A stretch of DNA of 62,628 nt, filler included, from Phoronis australis (GCA_002633005.1; 9 parts of 9 records of this genome joined end to end with filler, not necessarily neighbours in it), one strand, 5' to 3'. Shown: positions 47,249 to 61,099, counted from the whole stretch's first letter. Notes: generated from the sequence alone by a model not told the origin. Translations and numbers: made by a program.

Positions 47249-47366
47249 CTCTCTCTTCTTGTCATTGATGTTGAGTGCTGCCGATGTCACAACACACGCC
47301 ACCGTGTTACCCAGTAAGAAAATCATCACATACTTCCAACGAAGCAACTTTTCAGCAACAGTTACT
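47249..47366 (-). CDS. MFSD1: MFSD1-like exon (last TM helix)
   Basis: VTVAEKLLRWKYVMIFLLGNTVACVVTSAALNINDKKRE. Confidence 0.85.
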
Positions 47367-47696
47367 CTGAAGAGTTCAGAATTACAAAGGTTTCAATGTG
47401 TGAAGTAAAAATCAAATGACCAAGTAGTTGGACGGACTGAGATGAATTGCAATCTCATACATATCAACTGAAAGTTGAGTGTGGTTTCAAAATTATAAAA
47501 TTATCCACCATAATAAGCAAGTAAGGTGTAACCATTCAATGATTTGTTTAATAACTAGATGAATCATTTGAAAATATACCAAGTGGAAGGTTCTGTGAAC
47601 ATTTCAGTGCAATAAGAATCACAATGTGGTACAGGTGCTTTAGTACAAGGAAAATAATCAAGAGCAAGACTAGTTTAAAGTTTGCACAATACTCAC

Positions 47697-47839
47697 GATT
47701 TGTCATTCTTTCCCAAGACAGTACCAACGATGACATTGCAGACACCAATTCCAATCATTTGAATGGAAGTTGTCAATCCCATTGCCGTGCCGATGGTTGC
47801 CTGGGGGACCACCAGTGGAATAGATGGCCACATGCTGGC
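47697..47839 (-). CDS. MFSD1: MFSD1-like exon
   Basis: ASMWPSIPLVVPQATIGTAMGLTTSIQMIGIGVCNVIVGTVLGKNDK. Confidence 0.92.
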
Positions 47840-49023
47840 CTGTAATGTGTTAAGAAACACTTCTTTGAAATAAGCTCTTCCAACTGCAGGTATCAAAACG
47901 AAACCTGCATAATGGCACTGCCACCATCCATGCAGGGGATATGTTTTCATTCTAAGATGACAGACAAGGCCATTTACAGATACACCTCTAGTCCACACCA
48001 CAACCAACTAAATGAGAGCAAACAATTGCAACCTTTCAAACAGTAGTGTCCATGCAGTGCTATCACTACCACACTTCCTTGACCCCAATCAAAACAGGCC
48101 ATAAATAAACACTGGCTTCTACGTTGTGTGCTACTCAGATGTCAACTGACATGTAGATCAACAGAGTTACAGTTTGTGAAATGGATGTTACCACACCATA
48201 GTTATACATTGAGTGATGATGACATCACATGATGAACACATAAAAATGAACACTGCAGCTGTTGATGATGACTACTGACGGATAAAAATTAAGGTTGTAC
48301 TTGCAGGCTTTTACTACATTAGAAACTACAAAGTAAATTATTCTAATCTGTACCAATAAGTAATAAAAATTCCCCAAAACCTGACCTTTGCCCTGGTGAT
48401 TCTGCCAAACATTAAGCCTTCAACAAGCAATGTTATTCGCCAGCTCTACAGTCGGCAATTGATATTCATAACATGAACTTGTCAGTTGTAACTTAATAAG
48501 AGATTATCTTGAAAGTACCATTTTTAAGAATAAATCAGTTATTTTACTGGGCTAAAGACAATAAGTAGGAAAGCAACTTCATGTGAAATACGGATCTGTG
48601 GTTATCCTGGAGAGACATTTTTTCATGTCAATTATTGTTCCCTTGATGTGTATTTACCATCCATAAAATAACGCAAAGTGACAAAAGCCCGGCATATTGG
48701 TTCTGGATTCACATCCATTGAGTAAAACACTAACACACAGACTGTGTGCAGCAGTAAATATGACATGATTGTGTTTTACTCAAAGAAAGTGAACTAAGAC
48801 GTAGATGTTTACTGAGATGATCACATTCTATTGCTCCATGGATAGCAAACACACGCTAGGTGAACGATAATTAATATTGGACAAATGAATATCCAAGGAT
48901 CTGTATACTAGTAGACATCAAGAATGGTTGGATTCCCTGCATCTCAGTCAGTGTGACTTAATGCAGGAAATAGCGTTCATTACACACCATGATTCTGAAG
49001 TCCATAAATTTAACATTACTTAC

Positions 49024-49161
49024 GGCAGCAAATGAATACGTAAATCCAAGCCAGAGAGTAGATACAAGAGGGTACACTTTGGTAAATGCAAGCAGACCAA
49101 ACACAGGTAAAGTAAGCACGGCACAGCCACAGGCTAAGATACCTCGTTTACCAATGATATC
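49024..49161 (-). CDS. MFSD1: MFSD1-like exon
   Basis: DIIGKRGILACGCAVLTLPVFGLLAFTKVYPLVSTLWLGFTYSFAA. Confidence 0.92.
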
Positions 49162-49664
49162 CTGGAAACAACAATAAAATAAAACTTGTACAAGACACGT
49201 CTGTAGCTAGACGAATAATGAAAACCTCAAGGCATACACTGGTACTTGTATCACAATGCTTAATCATTACGTCGCCATAAATACCTATATCCAGAGAGTG
49301 ACGGTTGTAAATACACCTTTCACTGACACAGAGGCCTTCCTCAACCATTACCAAATTTATGTTTAATTGTCAAACAGTGTCACAGAGCTGGAATGTTTAA
49401 GAGCAAGGACAAAGTTTTACTGATACACAATTTCAGACACCTCATTCCTTGGATAGCTACACACGTGTTTACAAAATAATTTACTGACTGTTCTGTAAAA
49501 ATGATAACTTTTCCCTTAGTTTATGGTTCATTAATTCAATGCCTTCACAATAATATGACTAAAAAAACTATCCCAATATTCTTAAATCAATAATTAATAA
49601 GTTAATAATCATAAAAGACATTACGTAGTGTCAAAAGCTAATGCTAAATTCACATGGCACTCAC

Positions 49665-49773
49665 AATGAGACCTCCTAGAAAGGGGGACAGGACCATGGA
49701 GACGTCATAGACTGCCCCGGAGAGGTAGGAAGACGTAGTCTTAGGGAACTTGTACTTGTCATGGATAAACTCA
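49665..49773 (-). CDS. MFSD1: MFSD1-like exon
   Basis: EFIHDKYKFPKTTSSYLSGAVYDVSMVLSPFLGGLI. Confidence 0.9.
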
Positions 49774-50367
49774 CTGAAAATATGTATCATTATGTATCAT
49801 TACTATGGCATGTCTTGGTCAATTAACATTAAACAGATAATGTGAGCTACTACCTATTATATGGTTGTAGACAATTTTACACACTCAGCAACATTAGCTT
49901 ATCCAATAAAAAGAAGGAGATGGAACTCATGCCAAGATTGGCGCTACTAAGTAAACCACACTTAATTGGAATGTGTAGACATCAGAAAAATCCTTGTTCT
50001 TAAAGGACTTCCAAATTCTAACATCACGTGTGAAACTAACTTTTCGTTGAACACTATATCGTTGCAATCAAGCTTTTAAATTGTTGGGAACAAAGCAATA
50101 ACCATAACAACACAAATTTTCATTTTTCTGACTGCAAAGATTGATTGACTGGTTATTACTATAAAAACAAGACCCATTCCTAAAATGCATGCAAAATAAA
50201 GTCACAAAATGCCAAAGGTCTTACGCGAGTAACTACACCTGTCTCGGCAGGCAGACGACCACATTGGTTTCAGGAAATAATGATTACTTAGTTTAGTCTG
50301 GTAATTAGTATCATTGTCTACTAACCTTAACTTGGTTGTTATTGTATAACTGTCAACATCAACCTAC

Positions 50368-50468
50368 CTGGAGTCAGCCACAAATGGGAATACACCATTG
50401 TAGAAGAACATGATTGTGAAAGCTAATAACCAGAAGGAGACAGAGAAATGCCGGATGTCACTCACTTT
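50368..50468 (-). CDS. MFSD1: MFSD1-like exon
   Basis: KVSDIRHFSVSFWLLAFTIMFFYNGVFPFVADS. Confidence 0.92.
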
Positions 50469-51828
50469 CTGCAAAAAACGCAAAGGTACATTTATTTCAT
50501 TGGTATTAGTAATAAATTGTTTCTAAATACAGCCATGTAATAAATTTTGGTGAGCAAATATCTCAAACATTCAAACATAAAAATTCCTTCTCTCTCTCTC
50601 TATTACAGAAAGGTCACTCACTTGGTAAATAAACAACTTACTGAAGAAGATGTTCATTGTTTGCAGGTGCATTGTGCCCGGTAGCCTGAAACAGTCCCAA
50701 ATAGACTCGGCTAAGTTCCCTAAAGCTAATGGTGATTTGTGGACTTGTGAAAACAATGGCTGTTTTAGTTTTGTTACTCAGTCTATTTTTAATTTTAATA
50801 CAAATCAAGAGTGAACTCTACGTTGAATTCTAAATATGATCGAAAATAAGTAGGGATCCTTTCATGCAACACTTCTAAGTCCCTCTTTATGTTCACTGAA
50901 CTCATTGCTCAGTTTTTAGTTATTAGAAATAGTCAAAGAAGAGCTCATAATAAATATGAAATGACAGAAAAATATTTAAATCTGTGAGTAAAGAACAACA
51001 CAAATACGCAAAGGATTTAAGGAGCTTAGTTGAGTCCTTATTTGGAATTGTTTCATGCAACTGGGCACTGATGCCTCGATTTTGGGGATGCATATCAAAC
51101 CTTTCCCCTCAAGTGAATGATGACCCTGGTTTTTACAATAAAGTGATCGCTACACTTAACTAACCTCCCACTAATTAGTTTAAGACTTTTTAGTTTTTAG
51201 ACATGACATCCACTTACAGGGGAAACAATCCAACTCGCTCACAATACATGTTCTCATAACAGTTTGTCATTTTTTCAGTAATCCAATTCTTTTCATCAAG
51301 ATATTATCTTTTTACCCAATCAACCACAATTCAGTTCCTACTTAAACTCAATGCTTTTCTCATTAACTGCATTCTTTTGTTTCTCATGAACGGCATTCTT
51401 TTCTCCACAACAATTACTCCATGGTTAGAAGGTGCTTTATTCATGAATAAAGCTAAACATTCGCAAACAATAAAATCAAGATAGACGTAAATTTTTAAAA
51501 GATATTCCAGAATATACATTGAACAAATAAGTTGAAGGTTGGTATTAGGTTTCTCTGCTGTGTGAGATGTTGCATGATACTACAACTGTTTTCGAGGACA
51601 CTTAGCCGCACTTATAAAATGAATATCACGTCAAACGTGAATAAATTAAATACACACTATCTTTCTTATTAAATAATAAGTTTGAAAACATGAATAGAGT
51701 ACACATCAAAGAAAAGATCTGGCTTGCACTAATGAGAAAAGAGTGCCGTTATAACGAGAATGCTTGAGTGAAAACTTGAAGGAGAATGATTACCTTGAAC
51801 TACTGAAATCAAAAACAAAGATACAAAC

Positions 51829-51944
51829 CATCTTCCTAGACTCCACTTTGAGTGTGTCATCTTTTCCCATTCGCCTCACTCCATAAACATCCAAAAAACT
51901 GACAATGATGGCCGACACGAAGCCAACTCCACACAGCATAGCAC
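51829..51944 (-). CDS. MFSD1: MFSD1-like exon
   Basis: AMLCGVGFVSAIIVSFLDVYGVRRMGKDDTLKVESRKM. Confidence 0.88.
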
Positions 51945-52347
51945 CTATAGTTACAATATTCAACCATCAGAGAGGTACTAACATATTCTACCAGACTCTT
52001 GGTCAGTCAGAATTCAAGAGTACACTTCAATAATGGACTGTCTGCGGAGGTAAATCATACCTCGTTACAGAAAAGGGAAATTTTTAATCGCCCTTTCTTT
52101 TCAAAGACTTACAACTTTGTTACAAATTAATGGATTTACAAAACATTCAGCTGTGTGGTACATAGTAAGTACTCGGCTGTTATCGAAGTACAGATAATAA
52201 ATAAAATAAAATTATAATTTTAGCCGAGAAATAGCATTCCGTAGTTTTTGACACGTAGATATCTGAGAAGGCAAAGAATGAATTACTAATCTATGGTTGT
52301 CAACAAACTTATGTCAGAAGTATGAGCCTCTTTTCACAACAACATAC

Positions 52348-52506
52348 CACCCCATAAGGTCCACGTTAGACCGTACGCTTCTTCAAAGTTCTGAGTTAGA
52401 AAGAAGTTCAACACACTTCCCAGTCTTGAGAAGGCTAGCGTGAACCCAAAGGCCATTGCTAGCTCTTTGTCTTTGAACCAGAACGCTGTTATCCTGTTTT
52501 GTACAA
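52348..52506 (-). CDS. MFSD1: MFSD1-like exon
   Basis: VQNRITAFWFKDKELAMAFGFTLAFSRLGSVLNFFLTQNFEEAYGLTWTLWG, with the MFSD1 WF..KELA.AFG...SRLGS motif. Confidence 0.95.
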
Positions 52507-53559
52507 CTGAGAAGGAAAGAAAAGAGTCAGTTTATGACATAATGCAACAGAACGCAACATGTGTGAAAATGCATTTTGGGTAAAAAGATGTCAATTTGGG
52601 TAAAGCATATTCCTCATGAAACACAACAAAAGTTGCAATTTTACTATCTGTCAGAGCTGCAGCATATTGCCTTTGGTGAGACACGTGTACTTGTTTTTTG
52701 CTTATATTTTTAGATTAAATGCGTAACCTAGACAACGAATTTGGTTATATCTGCACTCTCATACAAAGTTTTTCTGAGTAAAAACATTATGGGTGTAATA
52801 ACATACTCATATGGCTGACAAACATTACTACCTTCAGTATTTGCAACTGGCCAGTTATACTAACTTTCCCACTAAAGGCAAAGCAACCGTTTTTGATGTT
52901 AACTTTCTTTTGCAGGTAATCTTTATCTTTAGAGAGATATTTTCAACATTAGTTACCATTTTTTAACCCTAACTATGCAAGTGACAATAGAAAACCAACA
53001 TTAACGGCCCAGCAAAAGACCTTTAATCTCTACATTCAATTTTATTGAGCAACGGCACATTGCAGTTGGTAAGGAGTCATACAGTGTGTTTGCTCAATGT
53101 AAATGAACGCAGAGACCTTTTGCATGTACAACGGCAGGCCAAGGAAACAAATTAACACTGAAAATATCTCTCACCATGACCAAAGGTAACACCAAAGAAC
53201 AGTGGCTCCCCCATTAAGGCTACAGTGAAACTCGAGACTTACACGTCTGACTGACAGTTGACATGAACCGCATTTATCACAAATTGCAACATGACACATG
53301 CTGCTGTGAAAACACCAGGATGATATTAATCACATAACTCAACATGAATTAATGTAACCCCCAACTTTAACAATAAATTCACCAAAATGTCAAGATTTAA
53401 ACCATATATTTCAACATTAAGCTACAGCTACAAATTAGCAATCTTTCTAAGTACAACTTCGACAAGAGTGGTCTAAATTGAAAAAACGGCAAATCTTTTT
53501 GGCAAAAGGTGGATTCACAGCACCTTTAAAAATAAGAAAAGCAACTTAATAAATCATAC

Positions 53560-53703
53560 TTGTTAAAGATCCATTTCCAGAACCAAATATAAGCCTTCCA
53601 ATAAGAAGCAATGGAAACATGGCGGGAGTGTCCTTTAATGTCGCGCCGAGAGCAAACGTTGATGAGCCAATCACACACAAGAGTGAGAAAAGGAAGACGC
53701 CAA
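53560..53703 (-). CDS. MFSD1: MFSD1-like exon
   Basis: GVFLFSLLCVIGSSTFALGATLKDTPAMFPLLLIGRLIFGSGNGSLT. Confidence 0.92.
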
Positions 53704-54651
53704 CTGAAAAAAGTAGACAACGGTGAGAAGTGGGACATCAATGGAGAAACATCAAACAAACTACCAAACAAAATAAAACCTTATGAATGTTATAATATAG
53801 AAACTGTTAATGAGAGGCATTTTGATATTGGCAATGAAACAAGCTGACAGAGAGTTGAACAAACTACATATGGTAAATCTATTTAGCACAAAATTTTGTG
53901 GACAAGTAACATCTTATTCCGTCAAATTTCTCAGCAAAAAGAAAGATTAAGAACATTATAATTTACTATTAGCGTGGTTTGTATGGTGTAGCTGTCATTG
54001 AAAAACAGTTTTCATGATTTAGTTTGAAAATAGAAAAATGTCAATTACGACAATGACATAGGGTTTGTGAAGAATTACTAGTCCAGATTAAATCCATGTA
54101 TTGACACTAACTTTGCAAAATCAATTTAAATATTCATGGTCACATACATACTATCCTTATAATATAAAGTCATGATTTCTTTTCCTTAAGGCACCAAAAT
54201 ATTTTTGCGAATACTCGTTTCAGTTCCCAAAATACACGCAATTCACTTGTCTGCTTATCACAACAACTACATTGTCTTCATTCTTTCAACTTTCATTTCC
54301 AGTTCCTGTACTTAGAGTGGTTCACACCTACTGTGACTCCACAACCATCTTTAAACCAAACTGTAATTTGAGTATATGGCAATTCAACATGTTAAGAGAC
54401 TTAATATTTAAACGCCCAATACCCGCTTAATACATACCCATTGATTTTTGAGTTTTTCAATTTAAATGCCATGGGTGTTAGTCTGGACGAGCCTACATAT
54501 CAGCCTGTGTACAAGAATGTCAATGATTGCAACACACCTGTCATCTAAGTACTTATTCTATCACAGGTAAGTTATCATATATTTTGAATGTTGTCATAAA
54601 CTGATGAATTTTCAAAGAAAAAATCAGCGAGTAAAATTCTGATCCACTTAC

Positions 54652-54707
54652 TTCTATTGCCCAGCTTATCAATTAGAAATCCAGCGCATATCACTACTAC
54701 GGCATTC
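54652..54707 (-). CDS. MFSD1: MFSD1-like exon (MFS motif A)
   Basis: NAVVVICAGFLIDKLGNR. Confidence 0.92.
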
Positions 54708-55061
54708 CTACAATAACAAATGGGAAAATGAATGTAACAATAAAGGCTACGTCTTAGAATAAGCAAGACTAAATGCAATTTCTATTGCATTCACACTAAG
54801 CATATTGTAATAAAGAAATCCCATGCAACTGGACAAATCAATGTTAAACGAACTTTGCTCTTTATACAATTTCACTCTTCACATCATTAGTGATTATTTA
54901 ATATTTAATTGTAGTAAGGTGTTTTGCATGTTCTAAAATCAACACTAACAAGCACCAGAATATCAAGAAACATAATTATGCAAACATGATTTTACCTGAG
55001 TATGCTGCTTTCATCAGCAGGAAACGTAAGGTGGATGCTAATAAACTGACTCGAAAATTTT

Positions 55062-55560
55062 AAAAATGGCCACTAGGTGGTGTACACTTGTCAAAGAAGT
55101 CCGAAAATATAAAGGTGTCATTAAAAATGAAACTTATTTGCGAAATTTCATGAAAATGCATCAAGAATTAGGAAGATATAGAGGGAACTGGGGGCACAGC
55201 AGTAGATGGGTCAGTCTGAAAGACGTCGCCATCCGTCGTCAGCTTCATAGGAACTCACCTGCCACGGGGTGGCACAGAACATTCAAACAACGTCCGAAAA
55301 TGTAAAGGTGTCGTTGCCCTCATAAATGAAACATTGATGAAACCTACTTTACCAAATTTCCATCAAGAATTATGAAGATATAAAGGGAACTAGGGGTACA
55401 GCAGTAGTTGGATTGGTCTGAAAGACGTCGCCATCTATAGTCAGCTTCATAGGAACTTACGTGCCAAATCTCATTAAGATCCTGTGAGGGGTTTAGGAGA
55501 TACAGCTGCTGATGCCAGACGCCCAAACAGAGATCCACAAATAAAGATGAGGGTGCATAA
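55062..55560 (-). mobile_element. Older, diverged copy of the HINE-like repeat
   Basis: aaaatggccactaggtgg, aaatttcatgaaaat, gatcctgtgaggggtttaggagatacagc and a degenerate gggtgcataa end shared with 43501-46555. Confidence 0.55.
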
Positions 55561-55802
55561 TGAGGGTGGAAAATTCTAAATGCAGACAGATTTAGCCAAC
55601 TTACTAACTTCTAGTTAATTTCTCTTGATTCTCAAACATAAGGGAAAACTGTAACTCTGACGATGAATTTAGCTTTTGCCCAGGCAGCATGACGGGAATT
55701 CTTTTTGGCTTGTACTATACATTTGACAACCATATGTAGACAAGCTGCACCAAAGCTAGTATGCATCTGACACAGGAAAACATTTACAGGAGGAATACTT
55801 AC

Positions 55803-55924
55803 GTCCAAGCGTAGATTGCATAAAGTAAATTGTAGTGGTCGTCAGACAGCCCTAGACAATCTGGACAACACGTTGTGTTGTCTAATGATGTTGCATTTGT
55901 TGTGTTGGTGCACCCAGCTGGATT
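55803..55924 (-). CDS. MFSD1: MFSD1-like exon (first luminal loop and TM2)
   Basis: NPAGCTNTTNATSLDNTTCCPDCLGLSDDHYNLLYAIYAW. Confidence 0.9.
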
Positions 55925-56489
55925 CTATTAAAAACAACAAACAACTTTTTACCTAGGGTACCTGGTGTTTTAAACATAAGTGTTGTCTAAGAAATCAGTT
56001 GCATTGACAATTTTTACTGAAATCAATACATCATAGCTAAACAAGAAAACCTTAAACCTGCATTTTGCCCTGTTTAGCTGCCTAAAAAATTAAGGAAATT
56101 TGAATTAGGCCTTTTCACTCTTCCTTTAGTTAATTAGTAAAAGGCCTAATTCAATTTTCAATTTAGCCAGCTAAGCAAGGCAAAATCTTTTCAATTCCAT
56201 CAGTGACATATTATAATAAGAAACCTAAAAAGAAAAATTGCTGGCTGCATTAGATGCCAAGAGGTTTGTAAAACTGAGGTAGAATTCTGCAAGCAAAGCA
56301 GATCTAGATTTTTCATCCTTACCCACTGGACAATTTTAGACATTGACAGGAAATCTGTTTTAGTAGCCAAAATTGATGTGAACAGATACCTTTCTTCTTA
56401 AAGTAGCAAAAATTTCGATATGAGTTAGTGGGGGGAGGCACCAGAGCCAAATTAAGCTGAAGAAGGTGATCTCACTGCCAGAGACTTAC

Positions 56490-56587
56490 TGTAAATGTAT
56501 TCTGTAGGACGCTTGGCATGTCAAAACAGAAGTATGATCCAAATGTCAACAGACAGTTGAAAAACAACACCAAAAACCGATAACCCT
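56490..56587 (-). CDS. MFSD1: MFSD1-like exon (TM1); the upstream start exon was not identified
   Basis: GYRFLVLFFNCLLTFGSYFCFDMPSVLQNTFT, with the MFSD1 FGSYFC.D.P..LQ motif. Confidence 0.95.
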
Positions 56588-57544
56588 CTGAAACGAAAAC
56601 GAAAAACTATGCAACTCTGGCAGGGCAAGTCAGCACAGAAAAAATAATTTGGCTACGGAATAATTTATTTCGTTATAAGTAAGATAAATGACTGTCACAC
56701 GAGCAAACATATTTGCTAGTAAATTAAAGACTCGGCTATAGTAAGCCCACTTGGTTTAGATTATATTATTCAGATCCGTTATTTTTTATCACTGGAGGTT
56801 CTGTATATCAAAGTATTTATATTGTTAATATGTCTATTTAACAGTGTTGCTCAGTAACCGAGATGATGCATGGTGCAGCAAATTTATTAGCACCCATGTT
56901 TTTTGAGTAACTAAATGGGTAAAATACTTCTCTAATACGTCAAAATTATGGAACGTATCAGTGTTGACAAGAATGAATGGAATTTGAAAAAATTTCAATT
57001 TTCAGACTTGGGAATGGAAATTGATATGGAGACTAAAATTGCAGTTCATCAGAGAGAATCTCATTCACATAACCGCATACTTACTATGTTTTGGGTCAAG
57101 TCCCATTTTCTACTTTCAAAAGTTGTGACCAAAGGCAGCACTACGTCATGAGATGGAATGAAGTTGACTGAATCTCAGCTTGCAGTCAAGTTTAGGTGCC
57201 CAAGGAATAACTGAAATTGAAAGTAAGACAATTTAGAGAAACTGAGATTTATTATTAACACAGTAAGTATTATCATCATCATGTGAAATAGTTAGAGTTC
57301 ATGATTTTTATTTAAAAAATGCTGTTGAGGATCACTGCCTGAAATCTGTGGACATTACAGTTTGTCTATTCAATGCTTAGCTATTCATACACAACCAGAA
57401 ATTACATTGTGCCAATGGCTCAAGGATTGACCAAGAAACAAGAAATTCAACTTAAATATAAGTTGTTGGTGAACACAGCCTGGCTGTAGTGATTTTGACA
57501 AAAACTGAAGCTGGCCTAAGACCTAACCCTTATGCTCAATGTAC

Positions 57545-57757
57545 AATGGGTGCACCCAGGGAGGGCTCGGAGGGCTCGAATAAGCCTTCCAATTTGAGAT
57601 GAATTGGGCAAAAAGGCCTGCCTCAGTGAAACAAAAACTCCGGGTAAATGGTGGCCCCATTTTTTTAGTTCTCGTTGATTTTTTTTTAGTAAAAGGTTCA
57701 CATACTGAACAATTTGAGATTTGAGCCCCCCTATATTTCAGGCTGGGTACGCGCATG
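57545..57757. mobile_element. MITE related in its termini to 10652-10922
   Basis: Left AATGGGTGCACCCAG, right CTGGGTACGCGCATG; flanks TGTAC and TGTAT. Confidence 0.5.
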
Positions 57758-57847
57758 TGTATGCCACGGACATAGAAAAATCAAAGCTTGCAAATCTTAG
57801 AATCAATGTTGAGTTAGCTGTCATAGAGTAGGTTCCAACTTTTTAAA

Positions 57848-57974
57848 GAAACCATTTGAGATACACAGTGAAACCATTTGTGATACACAGTGAAACTATT
57901 TGTGATACACAGTGAAACTATTTGTGATACACAGTGAAATTATTTGTGATACACAGTGAAACTATTTGTGATAC
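57848..57974. repeat. 22-bp minisatellite, about 5.7 copies
   Basis: GAAAC(C/T)ATTTGTGATACACAGT tandem array. Confidence 0.92.
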
Positions 57975-60900
57975 TAACAGCAGCTGTAAACCAAACTTCT
58001 GTCTAGAAAACTAACTTTCAACTTAGACCACAATTACCATTGGTTTAAAACCATTCATATGAAATTGGAGGTCATTTTCAGGGCGACGAAAGAATCAACA
58101 TTTTGTTATTGCTTGAAATCAAAAGTTGGCTTGTTAATATTGACGTGTCATTTTGTAATATAAGAATGGCCTCAAGGTATAATGAATTTGAACTGTCGAT
58201 TCTTTGCTATTTTATAGCACTGGCAAAGGCTCGGTTCTGGTACGGAACAAGGAGGCATGATGTCATGCAACCTGGTGCAAGCAGCGTAAAATGTCTAATT
58301 GCCGACTGGTGCAACTGAATGAAGGACTATTCAAAAAAGTTTGGTTGCAAGAATGTTTGAGCTAAGAAGAGGCAAAGACATCAGTGGCCTCCTAAGGTGT
58401 CCCTCTTTGTGCAAAAGATACTAAAATGAGCAACATCAACTATGATGGTTTACTCAATGTGAGGCATAATTCGCCGACCAGCTTCCAGCATATGGCAATC
58501 CAATAGGATAGCCACCATCTTTACCGGGGCCAATTGAGACGATGGTAATTGGTTGTTACATGAACTCTCTTGTGCCTAATTGGTCTATTGTTTTAGCAAG
58601 CATCAGCACCTCAGGTAGCGATATTCGGGTTGTCCAATGTGCCCATGTGTTCTGCCCTTCTTGTTCTTGCTGCTTAACCATGAGGATATTTTGAGTCAGA
58701 GAATGATTTGGGCCATTGTTTATTTGTTAGGTATGACTTTTGTGAGGTTTGAAAGTCTGAGAGTTTTGTGTGAGTACGTCTTGTCGTACAAGTTAACTTA
58801 GTTGAAGGCTGAGAGCACTTAACTAGGATTGTACAGAGATAGTCCAGTCTGGACAGTGCACCAAGAGAGGAGCTATTGTCCGTAAAACTTGAAGTGATAG
58901 AAAACCCCTAATAGCCGGCCAGAGTGCGGAAAGTACTCCTCCCGAGAGGTAAAACCAGCTCGGGGATTCACGACATGCCTTGGGAAGCAAACCTGTGTGG
59001 AGGACAGTCATTGGTTATCAACGAGCATGCGAGACACTCCTAATTTTCCGTTCAAGCAATGTGGTTTGGTAACATCAATTCCCGTTCGGTGACCTGGAAA
59101 TTTTGTCAGGTCTCAGTCAGACAGTGTCAGTGGATTGGCGAGTTGACCAGGTTGACGTCGTTAAGCAAAGTGTCGAGCCCTGCAAGTGATTTCCTTGTTT
59201 CGGGAATTTTTACTTGCCATACATACCTATTGAATTTCCGTTTCCTACTTTAAAACTGGGTTCAATTTTTTTAACTCTCCAGCTCCCGTCCCCAAAGAAA
59301 TAACATAAATCACCTGAAAGGAAATACACTGGGGAACCCAATGTTCGTCCGCCTAAGCATAAAACCGACTTGCTGTTGTAGTGTTGTACTCACCGAATTA
59401 TTCCACTTCAAAGTTATGATCTGAATAGGATTCGATTTAACTCTCACAGATATACCGCATTCATCGATTCGGAAGTTTTCTTTAATTTGTGCCGAGTTAT
59501 TTCAAATGTGCACTGCCTTCGGCAGCCATTTTATTGTGAAACCTAAGTTCGTCATATGCTGCCCCCTTTTGTAAAAACTGAGAAACATGCAGAAAAAGGC
59601 CAACGAAGTAATGAAAATTGCAACAGCCTGTTTTTATTGACATAAACTCGATTTGAAGCTTTGATGTTGAGCTCTGCACTGTGGTTTCCAATAAAAGCCA
59701 ATTGGACAANNNNNNNNNNNNNNNNNNNNNNNNNNNNNNNNNNNNNNNNNNNNTTAATTAATTAANNNNNNNNNNNNNNNNNNNNNNNNNNNNNNNNNNN
59801 NNNNNNNNNTGTCATCCAAGTAATCGCAACGTAGTGCAAATGCAACACTTGTACACAAGGATTTTTAATGTGATAATTTGGAAACACTGACATGTGCTAA
59901 TGGACACAAAAACCTATCTCTAATTCGATTCGTGACTACTCGAGCAAAATATGAGCAGCTTTTAGCGACGACATTACCCTGTAATTGTCGATGATAGCAG
60001 TGGCCCCTGACAATAACTTCTTCGATGTAACCGAAGTTGATCATTCATACTACCGTACACCACGGCATCGACGCTCCGCTTGTCTACTGTGAAGTCAACT
60101 GGCACAGTTAACTTCGATTCAGGACCGAAGTTAACCCTCCATACTAACTGCAGCTCCCCAAAACATCGCCATGTCGACGTTAGAATGAAAGGGCCTTACC
60201 AGTTTCAACTACATGTTAAAACACTAACATGGTGTAACTAGTCCGGGTCAGCATGAATCAGTACTACTACAAGTAGTATTAGAACAAAAACTGAACAGCT
60301 GATCGAATTGAGGCTCTTCAAAATGATTCGGGTCCCATGTATGCTGACTGAGATCAGTCACCCATCAGTGAATGCTCTAACCGTGTATACGAGTCATTGA
60401 ACATTTCACAAACAGCACACTTACTGACTTATACTTCAGTCCATCGAAAGCCTGGTATTGTCCATTTGTTGTAACGTAAAACCTTCACGAGTTCGAACAT
60501 TCAGTCTTGTCCTAATTGTTTCTCACCTATCGAACGAGTCGCTTACAGGTACACGGTTTGTTGGTAACGCCGCTTTTTGTACTGGCTAACGCGTCTTTTT
60601 CTGAATCTCGTAGAGCACGACGGCTGCGTTTCGCCTTCGGACGTACAGTACACTTCATAGACCTAATTCTCCCCGCCATTTGTATAAATTCTGTTGACCT
60701 CTAGATCTGTGGCTGCGCATGCGTGTTGTAATGTTTATAATCTGTTTAGCCTCACGGATGCTAAATTCTTTGTAAACATTTCATTGGTTTGTAGTATTTA
60801 CAACGATTTTTTCAAACTTTTTGCACAAGTTGAAAGTTAATAACTTTTTGAACTCCATGTCACATCAAAAAACCGGCTTAAACGGCGTTAAGAGGTTTTT

Positions 60901-61099
60901 TTCTTCTATAACTCGGACCATAGGCCTTTAATTGTTGTACACTTGTTTCTCTGTGCCTGGTTTCATGGAACTATCCCAAACAGGAACTCAACTAATTTCC
61001 CTAAATCTTCTGGGTACTTGTTTTTTATTATAAGGTCCCGTTTTAATTTATACTATTTTAAAGTAATTTACCCGAAAACTCAAGAAGCCTTATAGTAAT

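Noticed and set aside
57848-57974. Regular short repeats resembling a CRISPR array
   Set aside because: Head-to-tail 22-bp units without spacers; eukaryotic intron; no cas genes
58240-59250. Possible decayed LINE reverse transcriptase (DYSKKF, GVP, SPVW); similar WNALP near 41187 and LWEFLP near 62535
   Set aside because: Only 3-6-residue fragments in broken frames; suggestive but not supportable
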